A stretch of 64,000 nucleotides of DNA from Lytechinus pictus (Eukaryota): positions 39,496,001-39,560,000 of the forward strand of contig NC_087245.1 in assembly GCF_037042905.1 (NCBI RefSeq), in the 5' to 3' direction. The position numbers and the translations under genes are program-made. The notes under the pieces are model-generated. The model was not told where the DNA came from and did no database searches. It saw only the letters and a program-made list of their open reading frames with translations. Each line of letters begins with the position of its first letter. Position 1 is the first letter of the stretch. Below, one piece after another: positions 28,450 through 41,034 of the stretch.

Positions 28450-28990
28450 ACATTTCAGGTAGCGCGATATGTCGCTCGCCTCAGCGAATTTGATTTTTTT
28501 TTTGTGACATGAAATGATAAATGCAGAAATGCAGATAAACTAGAAATTAGGCAACAGTAGGCCTATTCACATTTGCATTGTTTGTACAACATTTTATTTC
28601 CACATATATCTATCTGTTCGCACATCATTTAACCTGAATGTAGAACAAGAGTGTCGGTCATTGATGAAACTGTTAGAGCCAACCTTGAAAACCCCATTCT
28701 CAGTAAAGAAAAGGGAACACATTTCAGGTAGCGCGATATGTCGCTCGCCTCAGCGAATTTGATTTTTTTTTTGTGACATGAAATGATAAATGCAGAAATG
28801 CAGATAAACTAGAAATTAGGCAACAGTAGGCCTATTCACATTTGCATTGTTTGTACAACATTTTATTTCCACATATATCTATCTGTTCGCACATCATTTA
28901 ACCTGAATGTAGAACAAGAGTGTCGGTCATTGATGAAACTGTTAGAGCCAACCTTGAAAACCCCATTCTCAGTAAAGAAAAGGGAACACA
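28450..28990. repeat. 269-bp exact tandem duplication
   Basis: acatttcaggtagcgcg starts at 28450 and 28719. The copies appear identical by eye. Confidence 0.95.
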
Positions 28991-29846
28991 CAATTACATT
29001 GTAAGCAATAACACACATTGCAAGAATTACAATAAAAAGTTAATTGAGATAACTGTTGCATATATCTGATTGTTTGTCTCCTGGGTTAGTGTACATTCTT
29101 ACTTGTAGCTCCATCCATTCTGGAATCAGACATACAAGCTCCCCTTGTATGTAGAAGTAGAGCTTTTTGCAGTGCTCCCAGCCTCCCCTATCGCTTCCCT
29201 TATACTGTAGTAGACATAAGAAGAAGATCACAAAAACTGAGATTTTCACATCAATAGAGAGATTTCAACCCCTAGAATAGCATCTTATTTCTTCCAGGTA
29301 ACAAAACAAAAAGAATATGCAAAATTTAACCAACAACGCACCACCCACATATGAGAGCTGGAAACGCAATTTCACTCACAGAGAAAGGGCCCAGTTTCAT
29401 TTGATTTCTTGCAGTGGCAGCGTGTTTCTGAGTTTTGTACAAGCACAGTACAAACCCACATACTCTCCCAACAGCAGAGGCTATATTTTGCCCTGGAAGC
29501 ATGTTTTTTTTTAAAGATTTTTACTTCATTCAGAGAAAGAATAACGAAGTGATATGCACTTGATATTTCTTTGAATTTCATCACATAGTAACGATTAGCT
29601 GATGGAATGAAATGGGAAACAAGGATAGAAATGTTTACACAAAAGGGTGGATGAGGGATTTGGGAAGTGTCTAGTGAATTGATGACTGAACTGTAATCAT
29701 ATTGTTTTTTTCATTGTGCGTGACTGCCTAAGATATCATGAGACAAGCTTCATATTGATATTCTGATATTTTGAAAATAATCCTCATAATTAGCAGATTA
29801 GCTCAAATTTTAGCCAAGTTTCCTCGTCTGTTGGTTCTAAGCTGAC

Positions 29847-30122
29847 GTTTTGTATGCCCCCGCAGACGAAGTCTGGAGGGGGCATTAAGCATTGCCCGTC
29901 CGTCCGTCCGCCCACTTGGTTTCTGCGCAATTACTCGAAAAACATGTAATGGATTTAATTTTTTTTTAGTGTAGTGTGTAGGTTGTGATACCAAAATACA
30001 GGCTAAGTTTTAATTTGGAGTCCACAGGTCAAAGGTCACAGGTCACAGCTCATTAGATATGCAAGTTGGTTTCCGCGCAATAACTCGAAAAATATTAAAT
30101 GGATTTAAAAAATTTTGGTGTG
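29847..30122 (+). mobile_element. Truncated copy of the same HINE-like family
   Basis: ttttgtatgcccccgcagacgaagtctggagggggcattaagcattgcccgtccgtccgtcc, the reverse complement of ~1160-1433. Confidence 0.75.
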
Positions 30123-31476
30123 CTACCGCAAAAAAAAAAAAAACAATGACTGGATCTAGAGTAAACACGGGCAATCTCGCCAGTCAGCAAGAACGAAAGA
30201 AAAAAATACTTCGTAAAAACATCAAGTAACCCATCGTAAGGACGCGTATCTCACAAATCCAAGTAAGAAAATGTTATTCATTGTTTGAACTAAATTTACA
30301 TAGGCCTACAGATTATGAACAATCGTAGATAAGGTTTCGGGTTTCAACTTTCAACCTCTTTATGTTTTCTGGGGCAGTGGGGTGCTCAGCCGGTGAGCAA
30401 AGGCTGTGATGCCACACTAATTGGCCCACTTTCGATGCGGAGTTTTCATGATCATGAAAGAGGCTATTTGGGGGCATTTCAATTGAGGACATCAAGAAGC
30501 CAGAAGATTTTTGTGATTTGATATGTCGATGAGCAGGTTATAAAAGATGTAGGCTTTGCTTGGATACCAAATTTATGGATATTTATTTCCTTCTTATAAA
30601 TATCAACTTTAAAACTTTTAGGAACGCTTTTTATTGCTCCCCTCATAGTTATAAAACTGGGTCCCTGAGAAATGTGTTAACCCTAGGAGTTCCGGGGAGG
30701 GGGACATAATCCCCCCCAAACATCTTTTGCATTGGTTGCATGCATAAACTACATTTCAGTAAATCAATTTTTATTTCAAATAGAATAATATTGCAACTGC
30801 AATCCTGAAATTATAAATTGGCTGTAAATCTATTGGTAAGGCCCATGCATGTAAATAAATGTGTGTTGCCTGCTGCTCCACGGGGCTACCTACCCTACCC
30901 ATGAGGTATACCTGCTGCTTGCTCTCTGGCATGACAAACCATGATGTAATATTTGTTCACTACTTTTTATTTCAATATCATCTAAAAGAATTCAGGTATA
31001 GTTGTTAATTCACTTTAGAGGAAGAAATTATACAGCATTCCTCTCATGTCTTCGGAAACAGTTATTTTTTCTACACTCAACAAAGTTAATTTGCCCTGTA
31101 GCAACTTTGTTCTATTAACAGTAGTGTACATATCATATTTCATCTTGTGCAAGTGTGATTCACAATGAACCACAGGCAGGGCTCAAATTAAGAATTCAAA
31201 GGGGGGGGGGGGGCATATTTTAAATGGGCACTTTAAGGGATGGTCTAGGCTGAAAATATTTATATCTATAAATAAATAGTGTAAAATTCACAGAGCAAAA
31301 TGCTGAAAATTTGATCAAAATCAGATAGCAAATAATGAAGTTATTGAATTTCAAAATTTATCAATATTTTGTGAAAACAGTTATATGCACATCGTCATGA
31401 ATAGTCATTAGGTGGGCTGATGATGTCACATCCTAGCTTTCCCTCTTATGTTATTACATAAAATCATAAATGTTTC

Positions 31477-32796
31477 ATTTTTGTCTCACCTGCGAAGCAG
31501 AGTGAGAATATAGGCGCCGCTTTTCCGACGGGGGCGGCGGCATCAACACCAAATCTTAAACTAAGGTTAAGTTTTTGAAATGTCATCATAACTTAGAAAA
31601 TACATGGACATACATGTAGTTCATGAAACTTAGACATATTTCACATAAGGTTATTCAAGTATTGCTGAATGGGTGATTTCAAGTTCGGTGTTCACGGTTG
31701 GTGTTGGTGTTGAGAGCGTAAAAAGGCCGCTCAACCGAGCTCCAACACCGAGCTGGGTTCAGAGGAATGATACTGATTGCGTTATCGATAGCACATGACG
31801 TCACGTCTCTGCGCTGCGCTGCTAAATCATCTCAACGCGAGAAGTCTCGACGACGAAAATGAAATCGGAGAGAAATGCATGAAATTCTCATCGTACAGAA
31901 TACCAATGTTTTAAGTAATTCAAGAATTCGAAAGAGTGAACATTATTCTTCATCAAAATATATACAGCTCATATGATTTGTACTCATCTTAACTGTAAAA
32001 GCTAATTTTACGGGGATGTTTCATCGTGTTCGCCGCCTGTTCACGAGCTTGAGATTGCCAACACCAACACCAACACCGAACTTGAAATCATGATTTTCCC
32101 AATCCCTGGGGGTTGGTGTTGGTGAATGGGGAAATTGCACGTAGATCGTCAACACCAGCCGCAGTGCTGGGTTCAGCAGACGACATTCAACACCAGCATT
32201 CAACACGAACTGCCGGAAATACGTCATATTTTCCGAGGTCAATCCCAACACCAGCCTGATTTCAAGTACGGTGTTGTGGCTGGTGTTGGTGTTGTCACAA
32301 CACCAACACCAGATTTCAACACCGTACTTGAAATCACCCAATATCCTGCCTGAGTTTTGAGTCGCATGACCAAGGTCAAAGGTCATTTAGGGTCAATGAA
32401 CTTTGGCCAAATTGGGGGTATTTGTTGAATTACCATCATAACTTTAAAGGTTTATGGATCTGATTCATGAAACTTGGACATAATAGTAATCAAGTATCAC
32501 TGAACATCCTGTGCAAATTTCAGGTCACATGACCAAGATCAAAGGTCAATGAACTTCGGCCATGTTGGGGGTATCTGTTGAATTACCATCATAACTTTGA
32601 AAGTTTATGGATCTGATTCATGAAACTGGGACATAAGAGTAATCAAGTATCACTGAACATCCTGTGCAAGTTTCAGGTCACATGACCAAGGTCAAAGGTC
32701 ATTTAAGGTCAATGAACTTTGGCCATGTTGGGGGTATTTGTTGAATTACCATCATAACTCTGTGTTTTGGTCTACTAGTTCATAAAACTTGGACAT
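31477..32796 (+). mobile_element. Second HINE-like family with internal ~125-135-bp tandem repeats (another copy at 52570-52970)
   Basis: Starts tttttgtctcacctgc..gcagagtgag(a/c) hairpin, then cggcggcgg and repeated catgaaacttggacataa...ggtcaaaggtca units. Confidence 0.7.
31671..32339. mobile_element. PIF/Harbinger-like MITE with AAT TSD nested in the HINE-like element
   Basis: TIR GGGTGATTTCAAGT(T/A)CGGTGTT with AAT on both sides. The uninterrupted host sequence is visible at ~52735-52760. Internal TIR copies and acacca repeats. Confidence 0.82.
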
Positions 32797-33304
32797 TATT
32801 GGATTTTATATTCTTCACATCATAGTGGTCTAAAGGCATACATGTTCAGATAAACTTAAAAATTTGAATAGTGACATGCCTTTTTTGTGGGGGGGATTAA
32901 TGAAAACTATAGCTTTTATAGCATGTTTAAATAGCCTGTATACGCATGTAAAATACACAGTTTTAATGATGACACCGTCTTCGAATTGGTTGCCATTTGA
33001 TTTTAAGATAGTTGAGTTTAATAGATGTCATTTGACATGGACACAATAATATTTGACAAGGAAATATGCCTTATTTTTTAGTTTTTGCAAAGTCTGCCAT
33101 GTTTATTTAGATTTGAAGCAGGAAGAATAGTCAAGCATCACACATCCTTTTCCTGTAAAATATGAGTGAAGTTCTAAAGGCTGAATTCAAACATTAATTT
33201 CAGAGCAGAGTTGAAGATTTTCATACAACTGTACACTAAACAATAGTGTTAAAAAATATCTATCATGATGGAAAGGATAGTAATTATAGTGATCGTGATA
33301 TTGT

Positions 33305-34960
33305 TGAGAAGAAGAAGGAGAAGGAGAAAGAGGTGATAATGATAGCTTGTGCAATGATAATGATGAAAATGATAGCCATAAAACAGAATAAAACAGAAGA
33401 AGGAGAAGAAGAGGAGGAGGAGGAGGGGGGGGGGGGGGGTAGGAGGAGGTGGAGGAGGAGATAATGATGACGATGAAAATGATAGCCATAAAACAGAATA
33501 AAACAGAAGAAGAAGAAGAGGAGGAGGAGGAGGGGGGAGGAGGAGGAGGAGGGGGGAGGAGGAGGAGGAGGAGGAGGAAGAGGTGATAATGATAGCTTGT
33601 GCAATGATAATGATGATGATGAAAATGATAGCCATAAAACAGAATAAAACAGAAGAAGGAGAAGAAGAGGAGGAGGAGGAGGAGGGGGGGGGGAGGAGGA
33701 GGTGGAGGAGGAGGTGGAGGAGGAGATAATGATGATGATGAAAATGATAGCCATAAAACAGAATAAAACAGAAGAAGAAGAAGAGGAGGAGGAGGAGGGG
33801 GAGGAGGAGGAGGAGGAGGAGGAAGAGGTGATAATGATAGCTTGTGCAATGATAATGATGATGATGAAAATGATAGCCATAAAACAGAATAAAACAGAAG
33901 AAGGAGAAGAAGAGGAGGAGGAGGAGGGGGGGGGAGGAGGAGGTGGAGGAGGAGATAATGATGATGATGAAAATGATAGCCATAAAACAGAATAAAACAT
34001 AAGAAGAAGAAGAGGAGGAGGAGGAGGGGGGAGGAGGAGGAGGAAGAGGTGATAATGATAGCTTGTGCAATGATAATGATGATGATGAAAGTTATAGCCA
34101 TAAAACAGACGAAAACAGAAGAAGGAGAAGAGGAGGATGAGGAGGAAGAGGTGATAATGATGATGATGAAAGTGATAGCCATAAAACAGACAAAAACAGA
34201 AGAAGGAGAAGAGGAGGAGGAGGAGGAAGAGGTGATAATGATGATGATGAAAGTGATAGCCATAAAACAGAAGAAAACAGAAGAAGGAGAAGAAGAGGAG
34301 GGGGAGGACGAAGAGGAGATAATGATAGTTTGTGCAATGATAATGATGATGATGAAAATGATAGCCATAAAACAGAAGAAAACACAGTTGGGAAGTTGAT
34401 ATTTTTATTATTAGTCTGGAGTCTCTGGACCCTCTACTTATTACATGTACTGACTACATGTAGAATCTGTGAAATAAGAAGAAGGAGGGGGAGAAGAAGA
34501 AGAGGTGAGGAGAAGGAGGAGAAGAGGGGGAGGAGGAGGAGAGGAGGAGGTGATAATGATAGCTTGTGCAATGTTGATGAAAATGATAGCCATAAAACAG
34601 AAGAAAACTCAGTTGGGAAATTGATATTTTTATTATTAGTCTAGACCCTCTAATGAATACATATACATGTAGATGTACTAACTGCATGTAGAATATGTGA
34701 AATAAGAAGAAGAAGAGAAGGAGGGGGAGAAGAAGAAGAAAAGGAGGAGAGGAGAAGGAGAAGAGGAAGGAGGAGGAGAAGAAGAAGAAGAAGAGGAGGA
34801 GGAGGTGATAATGATAGCTTGTACAATGATAATGATGATGAAAATGAAAATGATAGCCATAAAACAGAAGAAAACACAGTCGAGAATTCAATATTTTTAT
34901 CATTAACCTGGACCCACTAATGAATACATATGTACTAACTGCATGTAGAATCTGTGATAC
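33305..34960. repeat. Compound GAG/GAA/GAT minisatellite
   Basis: About 12 copies of the anchor (g)atagccataaaacaga separated by variable purine triplet runs. The last three units carry an extra ~100-bp block. Confidence 0.92.
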
Positions 34961-35007
34961 AATTGGTTGTCTTCCTCCAAGTAAGCCATCCGACTTTTGT
35001 CTTGCAG

Positions 35008-35430
35008 GAACCAATGTCACCAAACCAGCAGACGACGGACTAGGTGGTTACGTCCTGGCAAATACAGAAGATAAGGAGATGGATAAGAACAAAGGAGGAG
35101 GCAGCAATGATCAAGCAAATAAAAATGAACTGAACATGCAGCCCATGAGCTCTGCTAAGGTGGGCGATAAAAAAGGAGGAAATACCAATGGAGGAGATGC
35201 ACAGTCAGGAAGAGCAGATGAAGGGAAACTTGATGACGAAAAAGGCTGCTGTGTCCCATGCAAAAAATTCTTTGTCCAATACAAAGAACCTATCTTGATC
35301 GCCATTATTGTTGTTCTCGCCTGCTTTTTGGTCCTCTTCATCATCTTATTTGGTCTTGCACAATGCAAACTCAATAAACTTCAACAGTCTGAGGTAACAG
35401 GAGATACCACACCAATGCCAGGGACACCAA
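35008..35430 (+). CDS. SEA-like type II membrane protein, exon with cytoplasmic tail, Cys cluster and TM helix
   Basis: Acceptor cttttgtcttgcag|. Hydrophilic N-terminus, KGCCVPCKKFF, then hydrophobic PILIAIIVVLACFLVLFIILFGLA and a Thr/Pro stalk. Phase-1 donor A|gtaagg at 35430 (alternative at 35442). Confidence 0.82.
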
Positions 35431-37357
35431 GTAAGGCACCAAGTAAGACACCAATGCCCAGGGACGGGTGGGTCCCGTGACACAAAGGTTAGCGATTTAT
35501 CGTGCGCTTGATTTTCACGATTGATTGTACGTTGTAGTCAATGCAATTAATCGTAGAAAAAATGTTCTACGATCATTGCTAAGCTTTGTGTTACGGGCCC
35601 CACTTAAGAATCAAGTTTCTTGTTTGTATTAAAGATAGATCCATGCCAGGGTGATGTTTCATAAAGCTGTTCGTAAAGTTGAAACCAATTTTACAAACGA
35701 CTGGAAAATGTTCTTATACATAAGTCAGCTACATAGGGATGTATCATATAGCACAAGAAAGGGTCAACAGTCGTGCGTAAAGTCATTCGTAACTTACGGA
35801 CAGCTTTATGAAACGGGGCCCCCGGTTGTGGTAGCAATCTCAAATTGAGTTAAAACCAGGGAAAAACTACAAAGGGGCTCAGGGCTATATCACCCCCCCC
35901 CCCCAAAAAAAATGCTCGAAACAGCCCTGGAAAATCCACATTCACTGTAATGTCATGTTGCATATTTATGCAGTAGGTTGTGACGAATAGCTCCCGAAAA
36001 TGGAAAAAAAAGGAACAAAAAATTGCCAGGTTGGAAAAGAATTTATTTCAGTGACCACCCAGAAATTCTGGTAGAAAATGTGTAATTGCTCCGAAATGAG
36101 CAAAATAGCATCCTACCAGATGTCGGGTCTTTTTCCAAGTAATAACATTACACTATCCCACATGTGCTTATCCGCGTTGGTGATCTCCAGTGGAAATGTT
36201 TGTCAGCTTTTATTTCACATAGTTATGTTCATGCATAGTTCTACAATATTGTGTCAATTAGCCTTGATTTTAAAGACTTTCTCCTGGAATCCTTGTTTGC
36301 TTCAAATGAACACATGATTATCGGGTTAAGTAATAACACATCCCTAATTCCTTTTCATACTTTTTGTTTGTTTGCAAATCTAAGTTTTAGGGTTAAAACA
36401 AAAACGCCTTTAATTTGTTTTTAATCGGTGAAAGAAATTTGGCACTCCCAGGAAAATATCCCTTATAGCATTTGTTCATATTTTTTTCCTTCAAATTTGC
36501 ATAGTTCAGAAAAGATGTGACTGGGTATTATGATAAATATGATAAAAAGATATAACAAAACAACATGCAGCAAAAAATAGAAAATAAATTGTGAAAATTA
36601 CCCTTTTTTGAACTTTAGAAATGTGACGATTTCTCCTTCAATGTTTGCTCAGTTAAGGCCACTCATCTTCATGTGCCATTTAGCAATACTGAACCTAACA
36701 AAGATTGATCTGGAAACATTTCATGAAAGGACTTGTCAGACGTTTCACCCGACAAATCCTGTTTTATCCGACAGTTACCATAGTAACAGTGCCTATCAGC
36801 CAATCAAAATCTAGGATAGATATCAGATCTGACAACTTGTCAGACAAAGCTTCTGATGAAATGCTCCCCCGATCAACCTCAACTGTATGGAAATCCAAAG
36901 ATGTCATAATTTTTTTTCTACCGGAAATTTGCACAATGTCTGGTGTACATAAACAAAGTGAAGCACAGTGATTTATCAAGAAAGCGAGGAGTGTATGAAT
37001 ATACATGTACATCATATCTAGAAAATATTTTGAACAAACTCCCATTTTAGATGTTGATGTTGCTGGCCGTCCATAGTTGTGGCTATGATCGGATCTATCG
37101 CAACTCTTTGTAAGACAGGGCCCTGGTATCCCATTCTGAGCCAATCCAATATATAAAATGTGCAATCCAAATATGCAAAATATGAATGTAGCGTAAAATT
37201 AAAACAATTTGTCCAATTGCAGCATACTTCTTGCATTTCATTTACATGTGTGGAGAGAAAAGCTTTCAACAATGACAGTCCTATACGTATGTAAAAAGAA
37301 AAACAGATATTTTGTGTATCAGACATAAAAAGGGGAGCAAGTTGCAGTGCCATACTG

Positions 37358-37495
37358 GGCCCCGTTGCATGAAAGTTACTATTATGGTAACTTTGTCATC
37401 CAATCGTAACTACCATGGTAATGCTGGTCAATAGCCAATCAGAATCAGGGATTCCATGCAAGTTACCATGATGGTAACTTTTATGCAACAGGAAC
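37358..37495. mobile_element. Harbinger-like MITE family 4 (other copy ~49551-49690)
   Basis: TIR ccgttgcatgaaagttac ... gtaacttttatgcaacagg with CTG/CAG flanks. Confidence 0.75.
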
Positions 37496-37594
37496 CAGGA
37501 GAGTTATTCCTTGTGAACAGAAGTGAGAATTGCTGAGGCTTACGATAATACTGTTCTTATTATACTATTTTCCTTCATAATTTGTCTTGTGTAG

Positions 37595-37722
37595 CTCCCA
37601 GCCCCAGCCCTCCTGGTGCTATCATCGCAGGTATCATCAAGACAGCAGAGAATTACACAAAGTCATTGGAGAATAGCTCATCTTTGGACTACAAGAAATT
37701 AGAAAACAAATTCATCGCTGCG
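37595..37722 (+). CDS. SEA-like domain exon 1
   Basis: Acceptor tgtgtag| phase 1, donor GCG|gtaagg phase 0. PSPSPPGAIIAGIIKTAENYTKSLENSSSLDYKKLENKFIAA fits the SEA N-terminal pattern (Y..xL.N.sS..YkxLe). Confidence 0.82.
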
Positions 37723-38697
37723 GTAAGGACTCCAAAATACTGGTTCCTACTTTGTTTGTCATGAATATTGCTCAGGTTTCTGTCCTTGCTTTGGAATTTC
37801 AGTTTGATATGCTTGGGGGTCTGTAAGGTTGAGTGTGTTACGTGCATCCTTCTCCATCAAAAGATTTTCAGCTTGGCCTGATCTTCAATGTAAACTGAAA
37901 TATAAATACTAGAAAACACTGTAGTCATTTCAGCCACATACATGTAGAAGTCGACCATGCATGTTCAAGGCATGTTTTGAAACTAAAAGCAAGGGTTATA
38001 AAGATTAGGCTAGGCGGAAATAATTTTTATGTTGACAGACATACAGTAATCCTCAGCCTCGACGACCCTTGGTCTTTTGGGAAGACAATGATATAATTGC
38101 AGGTGCCGTGGAAGGAGGGGGGTCGGGATGGCTTCCGAAATCATATTGATTCAAGAACATAAAAATCACCATATGATTGTGATTTTTTGCGTGGTCAACA
38201 CCCCAACTTCTGGCTCAGCCCCCCCCCCTGCGCTTTCAACACCGTTCCATGGCCCTTGACCTTTAAAAACGAGTGGCCATCTTGTACCTTTTCATTATCA
38301 AGTTGTAAACAGTAAAGCCATATCTAGCCATACAAACCCGCTCATGTTGCATGTTGAATGGTTATCTATCAGCCTCCAACGCTATATCTAGTAATATTGG
38401 ATCCAGAGACCGTTACCCATATGTTAGTCCAGCATGCCGTCTTGTGAGAGGGAAGCTACTTTTGTTTCCTCAATTCCGACTGTAGAGGAAGACTCACAAA
38501 CACATCATCCCTGTTACCCAGTACCACATTGAACTGCAAGTAAATAGCCCACTGGATATTCGGCAGATTTCAGTGCTTTGCTCAACACGCTCTCGTACTG
38601 CATAGGCAATTCATGCAGACCAAAATACACTTTTCTAATGCGTTGTTAAAAATATACCGTTTGATAATAATGAGCATTATCCGATTTTTGTTTTAAG

Positions 38698-38771
38698 GTG
38701 ATGTATTTTTATGCGCAGAACCCAGCCACGTACATACCATACTATGAAAGGACTATCGTGAAGGAATTCAT
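38698..38771 (+). CDS. SEA-like domain exon 2
   Basis: Acceptor tttgttttaag|GTG, donor AT|gtgagt (phase 2). Encodes VMYFYAQNPATYIPYYERTIVKEF. Phases are compatible with both neighbouring exons. Confidence 0.75.
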
Positions 38772-39376
38772 GTGAGTATATTTTCAGCCCTGTAGATCTT
38801 TTGCATATGACATCATAATCTCATAGCGCCCTCCCTTGGAGGATATAGGAATAAGTGTAAACGGAGTTGTCAGAGATGTGCCAGCTGCTGATCACCAGTA
38901 ACATGTAATTTCAGCATGTGATGATGATGATGATGGGTTCTTGTATAGCGCCGGTATCCGCCTCAGCTGGGCGCTCATGGCGCATGTGGATATCATTATA
39001 GACCATTGTGTGTTGAATTTAAAAAAAAATCTTCTTCAAGGTCTGAAACATTCAGTAAGTGAAAGTAAGAAATGTTTGTGATGGAATATTTGGTGGAACT
39101 TCCTACAGTAATCTAATATACTTTTGAGAAATTGATGAGTGAAAGAAACAAAAATATGACAACTTGTGTTCGAACAGAATCAAGCTATTTTTTGCTTCTT
39201 CACATCCATTTTACCAGTCGGCATTGCATTGAAATTACATTACTTTTAATACTAAATAGGTTCATTATTGCGGACTGAAATAATCGCTAGAGGGTATTCA
39301 TTTGTCTCGCAATCTACTATGGTCAACAAGGAAATTTGTGATCACTCTCGCAAAAAGTGTTCACTAGCTTACAAGT

Positions 39377-39417
39377 TCACGAGCTTTCGAGTGCCGCTGC
39401 AACTCTTTATCAAGTGA
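39377..39417 (-). ncRNA. Minimal type I hammerhead ribozyme motif (U3:A8 variant), inverted 5' pLTR copy
   Basis: Minus strand reads TCAC TTGATAA A GAGT tgcagcggc ACTC GAAA gc TC GTGA, with C at the putative cleavage position 17. Confidence 0.75.
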
Positions 39418-39819
39418 CGATAAAGTGACGAAAATGACCGAGCTTCTGTGCTCTGGTCCGTATAAAATGCTAACGAAAGACCCCACAGATCGAATGTGTC
39501 GTAAACTGACCAGTACGTTACTGGCACTGAAGAAAGACAAAGTTCTAGATGAGGCTACATACAGAAAGATAAAGCCCACACAGAAACAGCCACCTAGAAT
39601 ATACGGGTTGCCCAAAATACACAAACCCGGGATACCTCTCAGACCAATAGTATCATGCATAGGCTCATTTGCCTATAACCTATCAAAGTACCTGGCGGAC
39701 ATCCTGTCCCCTCTCACTAACTGCTCAGAACACACGGTTTCCAACTCCAGTGAATTCGCTGAATTCACATCGGAGCAGACAATTAACGAACAAGAAACCA
39801 TGATCTCTTTTGATGTAGT

Positions 39820-39920
39820 GTGTGTGTGTGTGTATTTGAGTTTTGTCAGACGTGTATCAATCAGATGTGATTATTTACGTCTGGGACCGACCTTTAACGT
39901 CACCATCCGAAAGACGTAAA
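39820..39920 (-). mobile_element. 5'-truncated SINE 3' fragment with (CA)n tail inserted in the PLE RT
   Basis: Flanked by GATGTAGT (39812-39819) and GACGTAGT (39921-39928). Minus strand gtctttcggatggtgacgttaaaggtcggtccc recalls the Deu-domain of DeuSINEs (from memory, unverified). Confidence 0.65.
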
Positions 39921-41034
39921 GACGTAGTCTCCCTCTTCACTAACGTACCGATAGAGGGCGCATGCAGTACGGCCCTGCAACGCATGCAATCCGACCCTAC
40001 ATTAGCAGAACGTACCACACTTATGCCTGAACAAATAGCTGAACTCCTGGAGTTCGTCCTCAGATCCACATATTTTCTGTACAGAGGCTCTTTCTATGAG
40101 CAAACAGAAGGAGCAGCAATGGGTAGCGCAGTCTCAGCGGTTGTGGCTAACCTATATATGGAAGGTTTTGAACAGAACGCCCTGCCCAAGTGTCCTTCCA
40201 CATGCCGCCCTCGGGTGTGGAAGAGATATGTCGATGACTCATAATTGTAAATAGTTCCGAAACAGACAGCCTACTCGCATGCATGAATAGCCAGCAACCG
40301 TCCATCCAGTTCACTCTGGAGACTGAGCAAGGAGGGAAATTAGCATTCCTTGACACGCTAGTCCAAAGACACGAGGGCGGGAAACTCTCCACCTCTGTCT
40401 ACTGCAAGCCCACTCATACAGACCAATACATACCATATGATTCCCACCATGACAAATCGGTCAAGAAGGGTCTTGTTAAATGCCTGTTCGACAGAGCAGC
40501 ACGTATTATAACTCACCCACCTGAACTCCCGAAAGAAAGAGCACACATACGTGGCGCCTTATACAGCAACGGCTACCCACGCCGTTTTATCGAGAACACT
40601 TTCAAGAAGAAACATCCGCCAAGGGATCAGAAGGTTTTCAAGACTTGCACAGTCTTGCCATACATAGATGGTCTTTCACCACAACTCAAACGCCGATTAG
40701 AAGGTCACGGTATCCGAACGGTTTTCCACTCGGACACCACCCTACACAAACAGCTTGTACACCCCAAAGACCCCATCCCTGATCACAGACGTGATAGCGT
40801 AGTATACAACATTCCTTGCCAGGGATGTGACGGGTCTTACATCGGTGAAACAGCCCGACCGATAGTTGAACGCATTTCTGAACACAAGCGCGATGTTCGG
40901 TTACAGCGAACCGACACATCCGCGGTGGCAGAACCTGCTTGGGAGAAGCAACACCACCCAGATCGGTAGGGTGTACATTGCGTTGCCAAAGAGAGACATT
41001 GGTATACACGGAGGATTAAGGAGGCTATTAGTAT

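Noticed and set aside
34920..35007. N-terminus of the 186-aa ORF in the track
   Set aside because: Lies in repeat and intron sequence upstream of the acceptor at 35007. The ORF tail past ~35442 is also probable intron read-through.
33187..35023. Long ORFs (up to 393 aa) of poly-S/P/L/I/E
   Set aside because: Frames are open only because the sequence is a triplet-based minisatellite.
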